From: Armatimonadota bacterium
GTDB taxonomy: Bacteria > Armatimonadota > HRBIN16
NCBI GenBank assembly: GCA_963677485.1
Contig: OY781964.1
Coordinates: 3,392,001 to 3,456,000, forward strand
Length of the DNA stretch: 64,000 nucleotides
Reading direction: 5' to 3'
Shown: positions 57,902 to 64,000 of the stretch, one piece after another
Layout of the letters: every line of letters starts with the position of its first letter
How positions within the stretch are numbered: position 1 is the first letter of the stretch
The notes under the pieces: model-generated
Databases searched by the model: none
What the model saw: only the letters and a program-made list of their open reading frames with translations
Told to the model about the DNA's origin: nothing
Translations under genes and position numbers: made by a program

Positions 57902-58192
57902 TATAGGCGTAACTCGGCCGTCATCGGCGTTATACGCCTCACCCGTACTAACGGCGGCAACCCGCTGAGCTGGGCAGACAACACAGACAAGTTCATTAAG
58001 ACATTCAGCTTCGACAACCAGGGAAGATTAGCTAACGCAGACATCCCTGGCGTGAGCCGCACGGATTACGGCTACGACAGGGTAGGGAACAGCACTAGCC
58101 TCACCGCGGTATATAATACGGCTGATCAGTTAACAAGCTACGGCGGCAATAGCTACAGCTACAAGACGTTTGGTGTCGATGAACCTGTGTAA
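57902..58192 (+). pseudogene. RHS/YD-repeat gene remnant, 5' fragment
   Basis: Manual translation gives TFSFDNQGRLANA...TDYGYDRVGNSTS...YNTADQLTSYGGNSYSY. No start codon. Confidence 0.75.
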
Positions 58193-58315
58193 GTATAATT
58201 TACCCGGGATTTGAGGATATAATGATTAACACTCGCTTCAATAAGCACATAATGCTATATACGACTGAGCGGCACCCGAATTTTTACAGACAGAATATTA
58301 AGGTAAACTGAGTTC

Positions 58316-58744
58316 ATGAAGACACATCATTTGAATGATCCGGATCCGATGTCTGTTCCGACGTCCGGGGTGGAAAGAGCCCCGGAAGGAGCGCGGAGCG
58401 CGACTGAAGGGGCGAGTTCCACCCCGGACGTAAATTTTTTACCGGAGAGCCGACGGTGGTCCTGCCGACGCAAACTTGAGGTGGTTCAACGCTTGATTGG
58501 CGGCGAATCCTTGGAGATCGTATCAAGGCAAATAGGTGTACCGATATATCAGATTGAGGAGTGGCGTGATAGAGCCCTGGCTGGCATGGAATCCGCTCTG
58601 AAGATACGTGTTCAAGATCCCTTAGAGCATCAGCTCAAAGAGGCCCAGCGACGTATCGGTGAGCAATCTATGGAGATTGAACTCCTATACGAGCGATGTC
58701 ACCGGAGAGAAGCCCCTTTTACGCGGGGGATATTACGGAAATGA
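58316..58744 (+). CDS. IS OrfA (HTH DNA-binding protein)
   Basis: RRWSCRRKLEVVQRL..GESLEIVSRQIGV...EEWR, then a leucine-zipper-like segment. Confidence 0.85.
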   Translation: MKTHHLNDPDPMSVPTSGVERAPEGARSATEGASSTPDVNFLPESRRWSCRRKLEVVQRLIGGESLEIVSRQIGVPIYQIEEWRDRALAGMESALKIRVQDPLEHQLKEAQRRIGEQSMEIELLYERCHRREAPFTRGILRK

Positions 58745-59655
58745 GCACTGCCATTTCCCCCGCCACATGCGCTCACTATGGTGTAGAAAGGGTATGCCGA
58801 GTTTGGGAACAACCTCGCTCTACCTACTATATGCAAATCACAGAGGTTGTTCATCCTGCTTTAAGCACACCCAGGCTAAAGCGTGGACCCAAGACCTCCG
58901 TTTCCGATGATGAACTATTGGAAGCGATCAAGCTTGTAATCAATGGCTCTCCATTTCAAGGTGAAGGCTATAAGAAAATCCACGCGTCACTGCACTTTGG
59001 AGCACAGAAGTTGCGAGTGGGCAGGAACCGTGTGCTTCGGCTAATGCGTAACAATGAGCTTCTATCGCCTTATCGCAGACCTAAGGCAGATACTAATCAA
59101 CACAATGGAACGATCATTACTGATGCTCCCAATATCATGTGGGGTACTGACGGCACACAGGTGCGGACGGTTGATGATGGAAATATCTGGATATTCAGTG
59201 CGGTAGAACACTGGAACGGTGAGTGCGTAGGCATATATGTCTGCAAACTCGGTACCCGGTTCAACGCCGTTCAACCTGTGCTTGAAGGGGTTCAGGCTAT
59301 ATATGGCAGCGTAGAGCGTGCTGTCGCCAACGGGCTTACTCTGAGACTCGACAACGGATCCGCAAATTGCTCCGATCACTTCCAGTATGAAATCAAGCGG
59401 CTGGGGATCACACCCAGCTTCAGCTATGTGCAACAGCCCCAGACAAATGGTGTGGTTGAGCGATTCAACCGGACACTAAAGGAACAGGTCATTTACGCAC
59501 ATGTATTTCAGAATGTCGACGAAGTGAGGGAAGCAGTGCTACAATTCAAACAGGAGTACAATCGTTCGTGGCGATTGGAGAAGATGGGATTCAAAACGCC
59601 GCTTGAAACCCGCCAGTGCTTTGTAGAAGAGCACTCCATTACAACTGCGGCTTAA
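58741..59655 (+). CDS. IS OrfB, DDE integrase-core transposase
   Basis: GYKKIHA, WGTDGT, LRLDNGS, PQTNGVVERFNRTLKE, YN..W. ATG 58741 overlaps the orfA stop (ATGA). Confidence 0.9.
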   Translation: MSTAISPATCAHYGVERVCRVWEQPRSTYYMQITEVVHPALSTPRLKRGPKTSVSDDELLEAIKLVINGSPFQGEGYKKIHASLHFGAQKLRVGRNRVLRLMRNNELLSPYRRPKADTNQHNGTIITDAPNIMWGTDGTQVRTVDDGNIWIFSAVEHWNGECVGIYVCKLGTRFNAVQPVLEGVQAIYGSVERAVANGLTLRLDNGSANCSDHFQYEIKRLGITPSFSYVQQPQTNGVVERFNRTLKEQVIYAHVFQNVDEVREAVLQFKQEYNRSWRLEKMGFKTPLETRQCFVEEHSITTAA

Positions 59656-59692
59656 CACTAACCCGTGTCTGTGTAACCGGGTGCGATACACC

Positions 59693-59830
59693 TGGGGCAA
59701 GGTAGTGTCCAGCGCAGGCACAACAGTCAACCCGTATTAATACGTCAGCAAGTTGGGGTATTATTCAGATGCAGGCACGGGTTTGATGCTGCTGGGCAGT
59801 CGCTTCTGCGACCCGGAGGCGGGGGAGACG
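59693..59830 (+). pseudogene. RHS-associated core remnant, 3' fragment
   Basis: Manual translation WGKVVSSAGTTVNPY*YVSKLGYYSDAGTGLMLLGSRFCDPEAG matches the RHS core. It has an internal TAA and breaks off before the DPxG motif. Confidence 0.8.
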
Positions 59831-60026
59831 GAAACACCACAATGCTATCCGCCTGACCGCCTTATCAGTCCACTATCTGCCTAAACACGTGATTATGGCT
59901 TGCATGATCTACAAACGCTGTTGTCCATCATCCGATACCATGCTTATACTCGCATCTGATAAACCCGCAGAGGGGCTCACTGCAAATCGAAGCGGATTCA
60001 ACGGATAATAGTATGGAGGTATCTAA

Positions 60027-61073
60027 ATGCCATTTACCAATAGTAACATGAGACAAGAGATCGGGCAGCAGCCTGAGGTGTTGGCCAATCTGATGCAGAT
60101 CGGCCCGCAGATGGTTAAGCCGCTGGCGGATGAGATACGTAAACGCAATATCCGGTTCGCGATGATTGCAGCCCGCGGCACATCAGACAATGCCGCCCAG
60201 TATGCCAAATACCGTTTTGAAATCGAGCTCGGTATCCCCGTGGTGCTGGCTGCACCTAGTGCTTTCACGCTGTATGGCGGGAAAATGGACCTGAACCAAA
60301 CCCTGGTGATTGGCATCAGCCAGTCCGGCAAGGGTGCAGATGTGGTGGAAGTAGTGTCTGCCGGACGAGCGGCTGGGGCCTTAACTGCGGCGATCACCAA
60401 CGATGACACCAGTGAGCTGGCTCAGACAGCAGAGTATCTTTTAAGCTGTCACTGTGGCGTGGAGAAGGGGTTTGCCGCCACCAAGACCTACACATCCACG
60501 ATGGCCATCATCGCGATGTTGGTCGCGAACCTGGCGGGTGAGGACATCCAGCCGCAGCTTCTGCAGGTCAAAGCCGGGATGGAACACGCCCTGAACTCCG
60601 AGGAGAAGATCGCCAGATTGGCAGAGCGTTACCGCTATGCGCCGGCTTGTTTTACTCTGGCCCGCGGATATAACTACTGCACGGCACACGAAGCGGCCTT
60701 GAAGATGATGGAGACCAGCGGCACATTAGCCAAGAGCTATTCGGCTGCAGACTTCATGCATGGTCCGCTGTCGGTGGCCAATGCCGGCTTCCCTTGCTTC
60801 CTGTTCGCCCCAGATGGCCGCGGTTATGCCACCATGCTTCAACTGGCGAACACCCTCATGGAGCGTCGGGCTGAGGTGATTGTGTATAGCTCTCAGACCG
60901 AAATCCAGGATGTGGCCACCAAGTGTGTGCAGATCGCAGGGTTCCCAGATGAGCGTATCAGTCCGATCGCACTGATTGTCTATGCTCAACTGTTCGCTTG
61001 TCACCTGACGATGACCCGCGGTATGAACCCCGATGATTCCAAAGGGTTGAACAAGATCACCATCACATTCTAG
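60027..61073 (+). CDS. Double-SIS-domain sugar-phosphate isomerase/deaminase (GlmS C-terminal-like)
   Basis: MRQEIGQQP, ARGTSDNAA, ISQSG, AATKTY, EAALKMME, FMHGP, RGMNPD..GLNKIT. No glutaminase domain. Confidence 0.88.
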   Translation: MPFTNSNMRQEIGQQPEVLANLMQIGPQMVKPLADEIRKRNIRFAMIAARGTSDNAAQYAKYRFEIELGIPVVLAAPSAFTLYGGKMDLNQTLVIGISQSGKGADVVEVVSAGRAAGALTAAITNDDTSELAQTAEYLLSCHCGVEKGFAATKTYTSTMAIIAMLVANLAGEDIQPQLLQVKAGMEHALNSEEKIARLAERYRYAPACFTLARGYNYCTAHEAALKMMETSGTLAKSYSAADFMHGPLSVANAGFPCFLFAPDGRGYATMLQLANTLMERRAEVIVYSSQTEIQDVATKCVQIAGFPDERISPIALIVYAQLFACHLTMTRGMNPDDSKGLNKITITF

Positions 61074-61091
61074 GCGATGACGGCAATCTGA

Positions 61092-61146
61092 CGCGTCGAT
61101 GGGTCAAGATCAGGCGATTTTCACCTATCGACGCGGCCGGTTTTTC
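61092..61146 (+). terminator. Probable intrinsic terminator
   Basis: cgcgtcgatgggt / acctatcgacgcg stem, with a T-run shortly after. Confidence 0.5.
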
Positions 61147-61175
61147 GCTATTTCTGGACTGCTCATGGAGGCCAT

Positions 61176-62306
61176 ATGGTCAATCAACAACGCCTCGTCG
61201 ACCTATTTAAACAGCTCTGCCTGGTCAACAGCCCCGCACTTCATGAAGCGGAGATAGTGGCGCTGGTGGTTCCGATGCTGCAGCAGCTTGGGATGCACGT
61301 CACTCAGGATGATGCCGGTGCGAAGCTGGGCGGCAACGCGAACAGCGTGCTGGCGGTACTGCCTGGCAACGGCGGCCCCCAACGACCGATGTTCTTCAGC
61401 GCTCACTTCGATACCGTGGAGCCGACCACCGGCATCCAACTGGTGGAGCATGACGGTGTGATCAGCACAGACGGCAAGACGATCCTTGGTTCTGACGATA
61501 AGGTCGGCTTGGCTGTGCTGATCGAAATGATCCGGTGCATTCAGGAAAACAACCTGCCCCATGGCCAGATCAGCCTGGTGCTGAGTGTGGCGGAGGAGAT
61601 CGGTCTGCGCGGGGCCAGCGTATTCGACTGCTCACAGATAGAGGCCGACTACGGTTATGTGCTGGATACTAGCGCGCCGGTTGGCAAGATCGTAGTGAGC
61701 GCCCCTTCACATGACGTTTTTGAGATGGTCATCACCGGGCGGGCTGCCCATGCAGGGATGCATCCTGAGCAGGGGATTAGTGCCATCCAGGCGGCCGCCA
61801 TGGGAATCGCCGAAATGCGGCTGGGCAAAATCCATGCGGATACCACCGCGAACATCGGGATCATCTCGGGTGGTCAAGCCGTCAATGTAGTCTGCGAACG
61901 GGTAGAGATCACGGCAGAGTCGCGCAGCCGCGATGCCTCCAAGCTGGTGGTGCAGACAGAGCATATGATCGACTGCATGCAGCGGGCCGTTGATAAACTA
62001 GGGGCCAAGCTGGAAGTGGATCTTCACCATGAATATGTCGCCTACCGGCTGGATGAGCAGCATCCGCTGGTTGTGGTAGCGCAGCACACGCTGCAGCAGA
62101 TGGGCATCGAACCGGTGTTGTTCCACACGGGCGGGGGAGCGGACGCCAACATCTTCAACGCGAACGGCCTGCCCAGCACGGTGTTGAGCTGTGCGATGCA
62201 GAATGTGCATACCCACCAGGAGTGCTGTCACATCGACCAACTGGTTGCCAGTGCAGAGCTGGTGCTGCGTATCGCGACCAGCACACTGCCAGAGGCTTGC
62301 CGATGA
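61176..62306 (+). CDS. M20 family metallopeptidase (PepT-like)
   Basis: SAHFDTV, LGSDDKVG, EEIGLRG, AHAG..PEQG, GGADAN, HTHQE. Confidence 0.9.
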   Translation: MVNQQRLVDLFKQLCLVNSPALHEAEIVALVVPMLQQLGMHVTQDDAGAKLGGNANSVLAVLPGNGGPQRPMFFSAHFDTVEPTTGIQLVEHDGVISTDGKTILGSDDKVGLAVLIEMIRCIQENNLPHGQISLVLSVAEEIGLRGASVFDCSQIEADYGYVLDTSAPVGKIVVSAPSHDVFEMVITGRAAHAGMHPEQGISAIQAAAMGIAEMRLGKIHADTTANIGIISGGQAVNVVCERVEITAESRSRDASKLVVQTEHMIDCMQRAVDKLGAKLEVDLHHEYVAYRLDEQHPLVVVAQHTLQQMGIEPVLFHTGGGADANIFNANGLPSTVLSCAMQNVHTHQECCHIDQLVASAELVLRIATSTLPEACR

Positions 62307-63379
62307 TCGGGCTGAGCCGCGGAGTGGTTCTGCAGGTTCTGAGCCATACCCCGGGCCTTCAGGAGCTGGAGCTGCGCGTGGGCAACGAATTGCGGCAGGC
62401 ACTCTGCCAGACTGGTCTGGTCGGGGTGGCCGCCGTCGGTGATGAGGTCGTGGTGAATGACACCGCGCGTCGACTGAGCCTTGGCTCGGGTGGGTATGAC
62501 TATGTGCAGAGCATCTGCGGCAAACTGCCGGATTATACTGCTGATCCTGGGCATATCATGAGGCTGCGATACACCCCGCTGCAGCACGCGGTGTTGAGCT
62601 GTGAAGAGCAGCATAGCGTGCATCATGAGCAGTTGGCCGATGCCGATAGTCTGGACGGGTTGCCGGTGGTTTGTACCTGTCTGCATAGTCAGGTGGCAGC
62701 CGTGGCTGCCGGGATTTCGGCGGTGAACCCGGAGCTGCGGGTGGTGTATGTGATGACCGACACCGCGTGCCTTCATCTTGGTGTGAGCAAACTGGTGGGG
62801 CAGCTCAAGAAGGCCGACCTTCTGCATGGCACGGTGAGCTGCGGACAAGCGTTTGGAGGGGATTTGGAGGCAGTGAACGTCTATAGCGGCTTGCTGGCTG
62901 CCCAACGGGTTCTGCAGGCCGATGTGGTGATCACAGGCCAGGGCGTGGGCAATACAGGAACTGGCACGAAATTCGGCTTCAGCGGTGTGGATCAGGGTTT
63001 GTGTCTGAACGCGGTGAATAGTCTTCATGGGCAGGCGTTTGCTGTGCTGCGCATCAGCGAGGGCGATAAGCGGCCCAGGCATCAAGGGCTCAGCCACCAC
63101 AGCCTGACGGTGTTGTCGCAGGTGTGCCTGGCAGGATGTGTGGTACCGGTTCCTTCCGACGGGGGCGAGTATGGCGAAGCAGCGGAAAAGGCGGTGCGTT
63201 CGCTGCCCCTGGCTCATGAGCTGGTCTATACGGCCGGACAGCCTGCGCTGGATGTGTTGGCACAGCGCGGCGTGGGTGTGAAGACCATGGGACGCAGCAT
63301 TGAAGAAGACCGTGTGTTTTTCCTGGCTGCCGGCGCCGCCGGCATCGTAGCCGCCCAGCGGGTGAAGGCAGGAGGGTAG
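62303..63379 (+). CDS. DUF3866 family protein
   Basis: LSLGSGGY, GHIMRLRYTPLQ, LHSQV, YVMTD, GQAFGGDLEAVN, GTGTKFGFSG, RHQGLSHHS, TMGR. ATGA overlap with the peptidase gene. Confidence 0.85.
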   Translation: MIGLSRGVVLQVLSHTPGLQELELRVGNELRQALCQTGLVGVAAVGDEVVVNDTARRLSLGSGGYDYVQSICGKLPDYTADPGHIMRLRYTPLQHAVLSCEEQHSVHHEQLADADSLDGLPVVCTCLHSQVAAVAAGISAVNPELRVVYVMTDTACLHLGVSKLVGQLKKADLLHGTVSCGQAFGGDLEAVNVYSGLLAAQRVLQADVVITGQGVGNTGTGTKFGFSGVDQGLCLNAVNSLHGQAFAVLRISEGDKRPRHQGLSHHSLTVLSQVCLAGCVVPVPSDGGEYGEAAEKAVRSLPLAHELVYTAGQPALDVLAQRGVGVKTMGRSIEEDRVFFLAAGAAGIVAAQRVKAGG

Positions 63380-63414
63380 GTGTCCGGTAATCTCTAATTC
63401 GGAACCCTGGGAAC

Positions 63415-63432
63415 GCCAATCTCCCGATTGGC
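63415..63432. repeat. REP-like palindrome, second copy
   Basis: gccaatctcccgattggc is the exact reverse complement of 44669-44686. Confidence 0.7.
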
Positions 63433-63500
63433 ATCCCTCGACCCGCCACCAACCACGGTCATGGGTATGGCCTGGGTCATCCTAAGGTCGATGCCTACCC

Positions 63501-64000
63501 CTAAAACCACTTCTGCAGGCGCACAGGGGGCTGGTAACTGGCGATGTAGCTCATCGCTTCCTCGGCGTGCTGTGCGATGTGATACAGCTCGCGGTAGTGC
63601 GGCTTTGCAAACTGCTGTTCAAACATCATCTCAAAAGAGTCTATCAACGGCTGGTAGAAACCGGTCGTGTTGATCATCACAATCGGCTTGGCGTGCTGCC
63701 CAAGCTGCTTCAGGGTGATCATCTCCAGCAGCTCCTCCAGGGTTCCAAATCCGCCAGGCAGCGCGATGAAGGTGTCCGCCCGCTCCGCCATGATGCGCTT
63801 CCGTTCGTGCATATCCTGGGTGAGCACCAGTTCATCAGCTTGATCGTAGACCACTCCGGGGATATTCAGAAAGTGGGGGATCACTCCCACCACCGTTCCG
63901 CCTTGCCCTTGGGCAGCCCGTGCTGAGGCGCCCATCAAACCGATGCACCCACCGCCGTAGATCATAGAACAGCCTGAGCGGGCAATGGCGGTGCCAAGCT
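63501..64000 (-). CDS. LOG family nucleotide phosphoribohydrolase (TIGR00730-like; 5' end beyond the window)
   Basis: IYGGG..GLMG, MHERK, PGGFGTLEE, KPIV motifs. The frame stays open to the window edge. Confidence 0.92.
   Translation of the reverse strand, partial: LGTAIARSGCSMIYGGGCIGLMGASARAAQGQGGTVVGVIPHFLNIPGVVYDQADELVLTQDMHERKRIMAERADTFIALPGGFGTLEELLEMITLKQLGQHAKPIVMINTTGFYQPLIDSFEMMFEQQFAKPHYRELYHIAQHAEEAMSYIASYQPPVRLQKWF

Larger units (their letters stand above)
58266..59690 (+). mobile_element. IS3/IS481-like insertion sequence, copy 2 (apparently intact, 1425 bp)
   Basis: Imperfect terminal IRs TGAGCGGCACCCGAATTTTTACAGACA and (reverse complement) TGTATCGCACCCGGTTACACAGACA; orfA and orfB; no target duplication visible. 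Confidence 0.92.

Noticed and set aside
35665-59690. Inversion or composite transposon bounded by the two inverted IS copies
   Set aside because: Copy 1 keeps its own matched 14-bp duplication and the split host gene is collinear, so these two copies have not recombined with each other.
60027-61073. glmS with a glmS ribozyme
   Set aside because: The protein lacks the N-terminal Cys glutaminase domain, and no ribozyme consensus was recognised upstream.

Overview
A 64-kb bacterial chromosomal segment. The gene content (DUF1559 prepilin-type protein, PEP-CTERM protein, DUF6785-like membrane protein, IPT+dockerin-like protein, many unclassified glycosidases) suggests Armatimonadota or a similar glycan-degrading lineage; this is inference only. 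1-27.5 kb is a large glycan-utilisation cluster (GH20-like, GH42, GH116, two paralogous LamG+GH106-like proteins, a GH32-like propeller, GH38, an MFS transporter, an epimerase and an amidohydrolase) with no SusC/D or ABC importer. It is followed by hisD-hisB-hisH-hisA, a PEP-CTERM gene, and a beta-helix gene split by a nested insertion: an IS21 element inside an IS3-like element that has an unusually long 14-bp target duplication. Further on are more CAZyme-like genes, a cobalamin riboswitch in front of a DUF1559 gene, scpA-scpB-dac, mnmE, tRNA-Ser(GGA), smc, a decayed RHS gene carrying an intact second copy of the IS3-like element, and SIS, M20, DUF3866 and LOG genes. Intergenic regions hold several families of REP-like palindromes and 8-9-nt-period mini-repeats. 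All family assignments come from motifs recognised by eye; no database searches were run.
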